Of a stretch of 64,000 nt of DNA, positions 28,013 through 35,075 are shown in pieces. Source of the stretch: a virus (lineage: Duplodnaviria; Caudoviricetes); IMG/VR virus record IMGVR_UViG_2695421015_000001, positions 32,001 through 96,000 of that record. The stretch is one strand, 5' to 3'. Position numbers and translations under genes: made by a program. The notes beneath the pieces are model-generated. The model made no database searches, was not told the DNA's origin, and worked only from the letters and a program-made list of their open reading frames with translations. Within the stretch, counting starts at the first letter, position 1; every line of letters begins with the position of its first letter.

Positions 28013-28412
28013 TCGAGATGCGGTCGCGGATCGATCCGGCGTCGGCGAGGCCGCGCTCATGCAAATCGGTCAGCGTCTTGAGCGCGTCGGCGCGCGCCCG
28101 GGTGACGTAGACGGTCAGGGTCCGCTTGACGTGCGGCCCGAGTCCGACGGTCACGACCTGGCCCTCGGCGTTCACGCCATAGGTCCGCGCCTGCGCTCCC
28201 GTCCGGTGGCGGCTGCCGGGGTTGCGAATGTGCAGCGTGGTGACGACCCATCCGAAGCGCTCGGTCTCGTACAGGGTCAGGGTGTGCAGCACGTCGAACG
28301 GCTGCGGCTTGCGCCAGTCGTATTTCTTGGGGTGCTTCGGATATGCGGTGTCGGTCTCCTTGAGGCCGAAGGGCAGGGCGGGCTTGGTCGGCTTGCCGGT
28401 GGGGAACTTCAT
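27954..28412 (-). CDS. hypothetical protein
   Basis: After the leader. Confidence 0.75.
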   Translation of the reverse strand: MKFPTGKPTKPALPFGLKETDTAYPKHPKKYDWRKPQPFDVLHTLTLYETERFGWVVTTLHIRNPGSRHRTGAQARTYGVNAEGQVVTVGLGPHVKRTLTVYVTRARADALKTLTDLHERGLADAGSIRDRISSRRAQGAMRRSSFGFGLGF

Positions 28413-28567
28413 GGGTGGTCTCCTTGCGATGAATGTTGAAATGGAAGGCGCGCCCCGCTGCGAACGGGGCGCGCGCTGTCAGTCTCTCCGTGTGCCCAAC
28501 GTCACCATTGGGCATTCGCTCAGCGTAGTTCTGAGGCGCGGTCTCCTGTAGAGAGGCTGAAAGGTTG

Positions 28568-28816
28568 TCAGCGCGGATCGTAGAGCGGCTTGCTGTTGGG
28601 CTTCCACTCGGCGCCCGGCCAGACGCGGCCGTTGTAACTGACGTGGGCAATGATCTTGCCGGCGTCGTCGATGATCGTGCCGCCGGTGAACGGCGCGAGA
28701 CTCGAGCCGCAACCGGCGCCGAGGTCTCCGGTGTCGATGAAGCGACGCACCCTCTCGGATGCGTCGGCGTAGCTGGCGACCTTGACGGCGCGACTGCGGG
28801 TGAGATGAACTCGCAT
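28568..28816 (-). CDS. hypothetical protein
   Basis: C-terminal IAHVSYNGRVW motif seen in small phage proteins. Confidence 0.65.
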   Translation of the reverse strand: MRVHLTRSRAVKVASYADASERVRRFIDTGDLGAGCGSSLAPFTGGTIIDDAGKIIAHVSYNGRVWPGAEWKPNSKPLYDPR

Positions 28817-28819
28817 CGG

Positions 28820-29008
28820 TCAGCCCTCCATCCCGCAAGCGCGGTAGAAGAGGCTGGGCTTGAATTTGCCATTTGCGACGGCGCATTCGATTGCGAAGCG
28901 GCGCACGGTGTCGCGCCACTGGTCGAGTTGCTTCCGATCTTGCGTGTTGGGCTTGCCCTGCTTCAGCACGGCGGCGATGAACTGGAAGTGAGATTGGCTG
29001 ATGGACAT
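28820..29008 (-). CDS. hypothetical protein
   Basis: SHFQFIA...N.KF....F..AC pattern. Confidence 0.6.
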   Translation of the reverse strand: MSISQSHFQFIAAVLKQGKPNTQDRKQLDQWRDTVRRFAIECAVANGKFKPSLFYRACGMEG

Positions 29009-29019
29009 GCTCGCCTCCC

Positions 29020-29181
29020 TCACTGCACGTTGACGCGAGGATGATCGGCGAGGCCGCGCCGCGTCAGGAACTCCTGATCGACAACGTAGCGGGTGTAGGG
29101 CTGCGGGCGATCTTCGACGTATTCGCGGAAGCGGCGGAGTTCATCTTGGCGGATCAGCTTGAGGATTTGCTTGCGTGACAT
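29020..29181 (-). CDS. 53 aa protein (MSRKQILKLIR...)
   Basis: After the leader; N-terminus shared with 30575-30643. Confidence 0.65.
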   Translation of the reverse strand: MSRKQILKLIRQDELRRFREYVEDRPQPYTRYVVDQEFLTRRGLADHPRVNVQ

Positions 29182-29248
29182 GGTGGTCTCCTTTGGTTGG
29201 GGCCGCTGCGAACGGCCGGTGAAAAACAGGTGATGGGTTTGGTCGGGA

Positions 29249-29545
29249 TCAGGCGGAGAACACGACGGTTTCGCCGTCGATGGTGTGTGGCACCTTGCGG
29301 GTGACGAGTGCGGTGGCTGCGTCCAGCGGGAGCTTCCACGTCGCTGCGACGACGTTGGCGAGGTTCTTGCGATCCTTCGGGAAGCTGGCGCCGTTGATCG
29401 CCCAAGCGATCAGGCCGGGAGCGTAGACGAACGGCGACGATTGGAGGCGATAGGTCTTGGTGGCGGGGTAGCTCTGGATGAAGGTCTTGGCGGCGCGCTT
29501 GCTGCGGGTGTCGGCGAGGACAGCGGAAATTGCAGTCTTGGACAT
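29249..29545 (-). CDS. hypothetical protein
   Basis: After RBS and class-2 element. Confidence 0.7.
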   Translation of the reverse strand: MSKTAISAVLADTRSKRAAKTFIQSYPATKTYRLQSSPFVYAPGLIAWAINGASFPKDRKNLANVVAATWKLPLDAATALVTRKVPHTIDGETVVFSA

Positions 29546-29562
29546 GGTGGTCTCCTTGGACT

Positions 29563-29614
29563 GATGCGGAAGTGCATCGTGACGCGGCGACATGCGCCGC
29601 GCTGCGATGGGCTC
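29563..29614 (-). repeat. class-2 structured leader element, copy B
   Basis: GAGCCCATCGCAG-[7 bp hairpin]-TCACGATGCACTTCCGCATC. Confidence 0.8.
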
Positions 29615-29617
29615 CGA

Positions 29618-29920
29618 TCAGTCGCGTACCGGCCAGCCGCGCTCGGCGGCGAGCTTCTTGGCTTGGTCGATGACATCCATCGAGGGCAGGCGTCCTTCGA
29701 GGCATACGCAGAGCGCGACGCCGGCAGCCGGCGTATGCAGGTGGCCGCGCTCTTTCGTGACGGCGACGGGCCGTGTGTCGGCGATGCCGACAACCTTCTC
29801 CTTCTCGATCACGAGAATGTCCCCGGTCTCGACCGGGTACTCGCCGTCGAAGGCGAAGTGAATGCCGGTCTGACAGGCATCGTAGGCGTCGCCGCTGGTG
29901 GGGAATGTGTGGGTGCTCAT
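29618..29920 (-). CDS. hypothetical protein
   Basis: MSTHTFPTSGDAYDACQ... after the leader. Confidence 0.7.
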   Translation of the reverse strand: MSTHTFPTSGDAYDACQTGIHFAFDGEYPVETGDILVIEKEKVVGIADTRPVAVTKERGHLHTPAAGVALCVCLEGRLPSMDVIDQAKKLAAERGWPVRD

Positions 29921-29970
29921 GGTGACGGTCTCCTTGGGTTGACGTTCTGCGAAAACGATGGGTGAGGGGA

Positions 29971-30276
29971 TCAGACGTATTCGATGGCGACGACGACGCC
30001 GGTGGTCATGAAGATTTCGGCGGCGTGGGCGCAGGCGATCTCCATGTCGGGGACGACCTCGCCGGCGACGACCAGCTTGATCGCCTTGCGCTCGGCCATG
30101 TCGATGCCGGTGCCGATCGCGTCGAGCAGGTTGGTCGCGTAGTAGGCGCTGGTCTCGGTCTTGGCGCCCTTGAAGTTGACGATGTACTCGCCGTCGACCG
30201 ACTTGATGGTCATGCCGTGCTTGGCCAGGATCGCGCGGGCTTGGTGGATCGTGTAGTTGGTTCTGGTTCCAGCCAT
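29971..30276 (-). CDS. hypothetical protein
   Basis: After RBS and class-2 element. Confidence 0.75.
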   Translation of the reverse strand: MAGTRTNYTIHQARAILAKHGMTIKSVDGEYIVNFKGAKTETSAYYATNLLDAIGTGIDMAERKAIKLVVAGEVVPDMEIACAHAAEIFMTTGVVVAIEYV

Positions 30277-30292
30277 GGTGGTCTCCTTGGGT

Positions 30293-30344
30293 GATGCGGA
30301 AGTGCATCGTGGGACGGCGACATGCGCCGTCCGTCGATGAACTC
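30293..30344 (-). repeat. class-2 structured leader element, copy C
   Basis: GAGTTCATCGAC-[8 bp hairpin]-CACGATGCACTTCCGCATC. Confidence 0.8.
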
Positions 30345-30347
30345 GGA

Positions 30348-30563
30348 TCAGTCGATGGTCTTGAAGCCGTGGCGGGCGGCCGCCGTCACGTCGCCGGTCT
30401 TGGCCATGCCGGACAGGTGCAGGCCGAACACCGCAGTGAAGCGGCCGTCGCGATTGCAGACGACCAGCGGCATCATCTGGTCGAGGCCCGTGGTCGCGAG
30501 TGCCTTCATCAGGTTCGCTTCGGTGGCGTAGCTCTTGGCGTTGTCGATATCGAGTATGCTCAT
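30348..30563 (-). CDS. hypothetical protein
   Basis: MSILDIDNAKSYATE... Confidence 0.65.
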   Translation of the reverse strand: MSILDIDNAKSYATEANLMKALATTGLDQMMPLVVCNRDGRFTAVFGLHLSGMAKTGDVTAAARHGFKTID

Positions 30564-30574
30564 GGCGGTCACTC

Positions 30575-30643
30575 TCACTTGCCGTTGCGGTAGCGCTGGA
30601 GTTCGAGCTTGCGGATCAGGGCGATGATTTGCTTGCGTGACAT
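30575..30643 (-). CDS. 22 aa basic peptide (MSRKQIIALIRKLELQRYRNGK)
   Basis: Starts directly after a full leader. Confidence 0.5.
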   Translation of the reverse strand: MSRKQIIALIRKLELQRYRNGK

Positions 30644-30726
30644 GGTGTGGTCTCCTTGATGGTTGGTGGTGGAATGAAAAGGCCCCGCTGCGAACGGGGC
30701 CTGTCGGGGATGGGATGGGGATTGGA

Positions 30727-31092
30727 TCAGCCGCGGCCGCGACCGCACTTCATCTTGCGCTTGCCGCCCTTGGCCTTGCCCTTTGTCGAGCGATAGCCCT
30801 TGCCGCTGTCCATCTCGCTCGCCCAGATCGCGTCATCGACCCGCACATGCTGCCTTTCGATGGCGTCAAACACGCGATAGCAGGCGTCAGAGAACTCGAG
30901 GTCCAGGTCGCGCAGCCTATCGAGTGCGGCGTCCCGGGCGTCGATATCCTTGTAAGTCTCGCAGGGCATCGCCTTGATGGCGCGGGCGGCGGCGAGGGAA
31001 GCGACCTCGCCGGCCTTCGTGGCTGCGCGGAAGGCGGCGTTCATCTTGGTTTCGGCTTTCTTGGCGGTGGCAATGATGGTCTGGACGTTCAT
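30727..31092 (-). CDS. hypothetical protein with a basic tail
   Basis: After the leader. Confidence 0.75.
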   Translation of the reverse strand: MNVQTIIATAKKAETKMNAAFRAATKAGEVASLAAARAIKAMPCETYKDIDARDAALDRLRDLDLEFSDACYRVFDAIERQHVRVDDAIWASEMDSGKGYRSTKGKAKGGKRKMKCGRGRG

Positions 31093-31167
31093 GGGTGGTC
31101 TCCTTGAGTTGCAGGCATGAAAAAGGCCCGCTGCGAATGGGGCCGGTGATGGTCGGTGGTGGTGGGG

Positions 31168-31452
31168 TCAGCGGCGCAGGCTGGCGGGTCCGCCTTTGCC
31201 CTTGGGCGCCTCGCGCCAAACGTCGGGGTACTTGGCCATGATCGCTTTCTTGTTCTGGTAGAAGCCCTCGCAGGCGACGCGAAAGAACTCGACGCCGTCG
31301 CGGCAGAAGATCACGAAGGCGGTGTCGGGGATGGACCGGAACGATCCGGCGGTGCGGTAGCAGGCGTCCTCGCCAGCCATCGGGATGCTGTCCTTCGAGG
31401 TGACGAGTCTGCCGCGGTTCCAGATTTGGCAGATGGCAGTGAACTTGCTCAT
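31168..31452 (-). CDS. hypothetical protein
   Basis: CAAGGAGACCACC-ATG. Confidence 0.7.
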   Translation of the reverse strand: MSKFTAICQIWNRGRLVTSKDSIPMAGEDACYRTAGSFRSIPDTAFVIFCRDGVEFFRVACEGFYQNKKAIMAKYPDVWREAPKGKGGPASLRR

Positions 31453-31500
31453 GGTGGTCTCCTTGTGTGAGGTAGGGTGGAAGATCAGGGTGATGGTGGA

Positions 31501-31704
31501 TCAGCAGAGCGCGGAAGCAACGCAGTGCGCGTTTTCCCAGACGTTGCGGCAATCGGCGAGGCGGAGTTGATCCGCGATCACCTTGCGGATGTGCGTCTTG
31601 CTGTGCGTCTTGGGGCAGCACTTTTTGTAGAAGTTGTTTTTGAGCAGCGCCTGTTCGACGTTATCGATGCGGCGCTTGCTGATGGCGGTGGTCTTGGTAG
31701 CCAT
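31501..31704 (-). CDS. hypothetical basic protein, first gene of the array
   Basis: CAAGGAGACCACC-ATG. Confidence 0.7.
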   Translation of the reverse strand: MATKTTAISKRRIDNVEQALLKNNFYKKCCPKTHSKTHIRKVIADQLRLADCRNVWENAHCVASALC

Positions 31705-32298
31705 GGTGGTCTCCTTGGTTTGGGTTGCTTAGATCGGAGCGTCGCTATGCGGCGCTCCGAGCTAAGCCCGCGCCCATGCTGCGACATGGGCGGGGTTAGC
31801 TGGCCGCGCGGCTTAATGGAGCCGCGCGATCTCAGTGCATCTCTCTTCCTGTTCGGTACTGCGGCCCGGTATTCGGCAATCCTGCGCGGCTACTACGGTC
31901 ACGATGGACATTCGCCGGCGGCGTCTATGGCGCGCTCTTGGATGTTAGCCTATTGGCGCGGCCCGCCTTGCTAGAGCGGCGCGTCAAAACCTTATCGGCA
32001 TTCGCGAGGGGAAAAGAGGCAAACAACATAGCCCTTGAACCATTTGCTTTGACGCCGCGCGATTGCGCGGGGCGGAAGAGTTGGCGGGATATGCCTTGGG
32101 TTATGAGAGGATAGGAGCGCGGGAGATACTGGAGTCGCATTGTTGACTAAGCGATGAGTCGCTATGCAGCTAATGGGACCGTCGGCAGGGTTCCTTACCG
32201 GGCTTTCGCTTAGCCCCTCCGACAACAAAATTGGACAGCGCGCGCAATGCGCTGTTGCGACCACTTTTCGGCCGCGTCCTTTATCCTTTCTACTTGTC

Positions 32299-32780
32299 AA
32301 ACAGCCCGCCCCTGCAAGCGGCCCCCGCTACTACGGCCCAATGGGCATTGGCGGGAACCTTGGGGCTTTGGGGCCGGAGGCTTGCGCGCCCCCGGTCCCG
32401 GCCCCCGGGGAGGCGGGTAAACCCGCCCCCGACGGGGAGACATATATATGCACCTAACCGGTGCAAAGGAAAAGCGCTATTTTTGCCCCGCTAACCCGTT
32501 GAAATATAACGATTTTTGCCCCGGAAAAAGGGGCCGAAACGGCCCAAACGGCCCAAATGCCCCCGAATCTGCCCTGCCGGGGGCGGGTTAGAAGCCCCTA
32601 GGGGGCGAGTTGACCGGGGCAGGGGGAAAGGCCCGCCCAAAGGCCTAGCCCGCGCGGGGAGCGGCCCTAGCCCGCCCCATGGGGCAAGCGAATGCGGGGG
32701 CAGGGGAAAGAGCAGGGGCAGGGAACGGCGCAAAGCCGGAACCATGCCCGGGATAGAACCGGGCATAACCGGGCAGGATG
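32299..32780. repeat. G-run-rich, TC-depleted island 3 in the divergent intergenic region
   Basis: Only 2 TC seen on the + strand in about 480 nt; GGGCCGAAACGGCCC at 32531-32545; GGGGCAGGG repeats. Confidence 0.75.
32436..32468 (-). promoter_or_regulatory. candidate sigma70-type promoter for the minus-strand array, overlapped by an inverted repeat
   Basis: Minus strand reads TTGCAC-CGGTTAGGTGCA-TATATATGTCT; inverted repeat TGCACC-N5-GGTGCA at 32449-32465; spacing not canonical. Confidence 0.4.
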
Positions 32781-32882
32781 TCGCCGTGATCCGGCGGGAC
32801 ATCGCGGACCGGCGATTCTCTCTGACGCCAGCAATCGCAATAACCCGTTCTTTATCAGCCGCTTAACATGATTCCCGTAGGC

Positions 32883-32949
32883 TGTCCCACGGAGGCGGAA
32901 TGTCCCAAATGTCCCAAATGTCCCGCCAATGTCCCATGCGGGATGTCCC
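32883..32949 (+). repeat. six TGTCCC direct repeats
   Basis: Starts at 32883, 32901, 32910, 32919, 32930, 32944. Confidence 0.8.
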
Positions 32950-33020
32950 ATCGTGGAGCCCGATCTGTGGCTTTCGGGACTCACCTCTGGAACCGAAAAT
33001 CAGGTAGGAGACGATCTCGC

Positions 33021-33626
33021 ATGACGACCAACCCAGACACCCCACGCGGCCCATCCGTCCGCCTGACCGAGGACATCCTCCAGAACGGGGGACTGACCTG
33101 CATCTGGCTCGACCGCATCGCCGGCCAGGATCAGCACACGCGGCTCGCGCTGCGCTCCACCGCCGTCGGCCGACGCTCCAAGGGCGAGAGGATCTGGTTC
33201 CGCAGCGGGCGCGAGGCCGAGAAGGTCAAGACGGCGATCCTGTCCCGGTGCTTCGAGGCGGTGCGCAACAGGGACAGCCTCTACATCAAACGCCCGCTGG
33301 ATCAGGTGCTTGAGCTGGTGGGCAAGACCGCTTTCTCGCTCGGGATCACGCCGATCAGCGACGCCGACCTGGCTGTCACCTTTGACAGCATCAACCGCAG
33401 GATCGACGCCGCGATCGCCCGCATGCAGCGGGACGGCAGCATGAAGCGGATCAACCGCGAATACGCCGAACTGCGCAAATCGGGCGGGACATCGGGCGGG
33501 ACAAGGGACGGGACAAACGGGACATCCGGGACATTACCCCTACCTCCGTACAGCGAATGGCTTGTCGGACGGCTCGGAAACGAGATTTCCAGTTGCACTG
33601 ATTTGGTGCATCTCACGCGATTGTGA
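33021..33626 (+). CDS. hypothetical protein flanked by inverted TGTCCC clusters
   Basis: AGGAGA RBS before MTTNPDTPRG... Confidence 0.7.
   Translation: MTTNPDTPRGPSVRLTEDILQNGGLTCIWLDRIAGQDQHTRLALRSTAVGRRSKGERIWFRSGREAEKVKTAILSRCFEAVRNRDSLYIKRPLDQVLELVGKTAFSLGITPISDADLAVTFDSINRRIDAAIARMQRDGSMKRINREYAELRKSGGTSGGTRDGTNGTSGTLPLPPYSEWLVGRLGNEISSCTDLVHLTRL
33486..33533 (-). repeat. five GGGACA repeats (inverse of the 32883 cluster), inside the CDS
   Basis: Starts at 33486, 33498, 33510, 33519, 33528. Confidence 0.75.
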
Positions 33627-34105
33627 TCGTTGCAAGTAATCCAATGATACCAGCGGTTACTTCAGCTTTTCCGACAATGCACCAATCTCTCGCCAAAAAT
33701 AACGCTTGAAAAACTCATCGAAAACATGGCCTACACACGCGCAGACGCGGCCACCACTGTGTCGAGAGCTAGGGCGATAGCCCGAAGCGACTCTCTCAGA
33801 CCTTCAGGGGTGGTGTGGTCTACTCCTTAAAAGATACTCATAGCCCCGCCCCCGACGGGTTGATGTAGCGCGCCTCAAGCGCGCGCACACGCAGACCACT
33901 TCCCCATTGAGAGGCAAGACCCGGTTGGTCTCGCGTCCGTCTGCCTCTCATACGCACGGAGCCGGGCCGGTTGGCCCTCCAGTTGACGGCTCGGCTCCAG
34001 TGCGCTGCCCCGACGCCCGAAACGGCAAATCGGGGTCAAAACCATTAGCGACTTTGTCGCTGCCCCCAGAAGCCTAACCCCACATCGTTGATCGGACCCC
34101 ACCCG

Positions 34106-34507
34106 ATGACATCGAAGACACCCGTCGGCGATCAGCCGTTTTCGTTCACTGTCGATCCGCAGCCCGTCGACTACGGCACCATCGGCAACATCCGGTTCTC
34201 GCCTTCGCATGTCGGCGCCGCCTTCGAGGTGCCGCATGTTGCGATCGCCGAAAGGCTGCACGCCGCCGGCATCATCCCGCCGACGACGGACGAGATCGTT
34301 GCTGCTGCCGTCGCTGACAACGCTCGCCGTGACAAGCAGCCCGCCTCCGACGAGGCGCTGCGCGATCACTTCGCGGGGCAGGCGCTGCCGACCACCCTCG
34401 GATGGGCGATCAAGATGGGCGGTCACACTCCAGCCGTGGCGGCTGATCTCGCCTACGACGTCGCCGACGCCATGATGGCCGAGCGCGCCCGCAGGAGCGC
34501 GCGGTGA
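34106..34507 (+). CDS. conserved phage hypothetical protein
   Basis: C-terminal LRDHFAGQAL...AYDVADAMMAER motif. Confidence 0.7.
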   Translation: MTSKTPVGDQPFSFTVDPQPVDYGTIGNIRFSPSHVGAAFEVPHVAIAERLHAAGIIPPTTDEIVAAAVADNARRDKQPASDEALRDHFAGQALPTTLGWAIKMGGHTPAVAADLAYDVADAMMAERARRSAR

Positions 34508-34830
34508 TGCCGAAGCATCCGTCCGAAACCAAAACCGACTGGTTGAAGCGGCTGGCGCGGGTCGCGTTCGATCAATGCCAGACGCCGCCCTACTTCGACG
34601 GCATGTTCGCGATCTCGACCGGCGTCATCAAGGTCGATCGCAAGATGTACCCGACGCAGGTCTACCTGCGGATCAAGACCGGCAACGATGAGAACCGGGT
34701 GTCGACCCAGATCGACATGACCTGGAAGGAAGTCGAGAGGCTTCACGACCAGCTTGGCGCAGCCCTCAAGCAGCGCGCGGCGCTCAAGAAAAAACTCGAG
34801 CCCTATCGCGACGGGTACGTGGCGCCGTGA
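34504..34830 (+). CDS. hypothetical protein
   Basis: Coupled ORF. Confidence 0.65.
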   Translation: MMPKHPSETKTDWLKRLARVAFDQCQTPPYFDGMFAISTGVIKVDRKMYPTQVYLRIKTGNDENRVSTQIDMTWKEVERLHDQLGAALKQRAALKKKLEPYRDGYVAP

Positions 34831-35075
34831 CCATGCACATCCAGTTCGAGGGTCTGGCCGACTACCCGTTCTACGCGGTCGCCGTCTGCCCGAACGAGAA
34901 CGATAACTGGTTCTGCGCCGGACAGTCCCGTGCGGCAGCACTTGCCGCATTCGAGGTCGGCCTCAAGCAGTTTCCCAAGCCGGCCTATCGCGTCGTGGCC
35001 AGGTTCGACCCCGAGCGGCTGAAGAAGGATCTCGCGCTCTTCGCGATGCCGAGCCCGTCAGGGTGCGCGCATTGA
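34827..35075 (+). CDS. hypothetical protein
   Basis: Coupled ORF. Confidence 0.55.
   Translation: MTMHIQFEGLADYPFYAVAVCPNENDNWFCAGQSRAAALAAFEVGLKQFPKPAYRVVARFDPERLKKDLALFAMPSPSGCAH

Larger units (their letters stand above)
6530..31717 (-). repeat. dispersed repeated gene leader: hairpin with invariant TTCGCAG loop + CAAGGAGACC RBS
   Basis: Loop (CTGCGAA on +) starts at 6569, 7221, 7508, 7968, 8873, 10370, 12658, 14332, 15241, 16654, 17127, 17481, 18575, 20038, 20087, 21063, 22227, 22608 (stem decayed), 23138, 23621, 24094, 25861, 26223, 27110, 28458, 29206, 29947, 30688, 31131; each lies within about 10-70 nt of GGTCTCCTT. Confidence 0.95.

Noticed and set aside
25318-30344. Hammerhead ribozyme identity for the class-2 element
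   Set aside because: The CUGAUGA and GAAA core is not present in a compatible arrangement on either strand.
6559-31146. N4-type ssDNA hairpin promoters
   Set aside because: The loop is 7 nt rather than 3 nt, G-U pairs favour the mRNA strand, and no virion RNA polymerase gene is in the window. Not fully excluded, because the genome is incomplete.
6530-31717. CRISPR array or classical integron attC array
   Set aside because: Units are whole genes of variable length, stems are not sequence-identical, no GTTRRRY/RYYYAAC boxes were seen, and there is no cas or intI gene in the window.
6530-31717. Many BsaI sites (GGTCTC) suggesting a synthetic Golden Gate construct
   Set aside because: The hexamer is part of the AAGGAGACC Shine-Dalgarno context, always oriented with the gene, and natural variants occur (GGAGTCC at 27672, GGAGAGACC at about 9400).
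31992-32866. ORFs called in the divergent intergenic region
   Set aside because: Low-complexity Gly/Pro/Arg translations of the repeat island, with atypical codon usage and no RBS.
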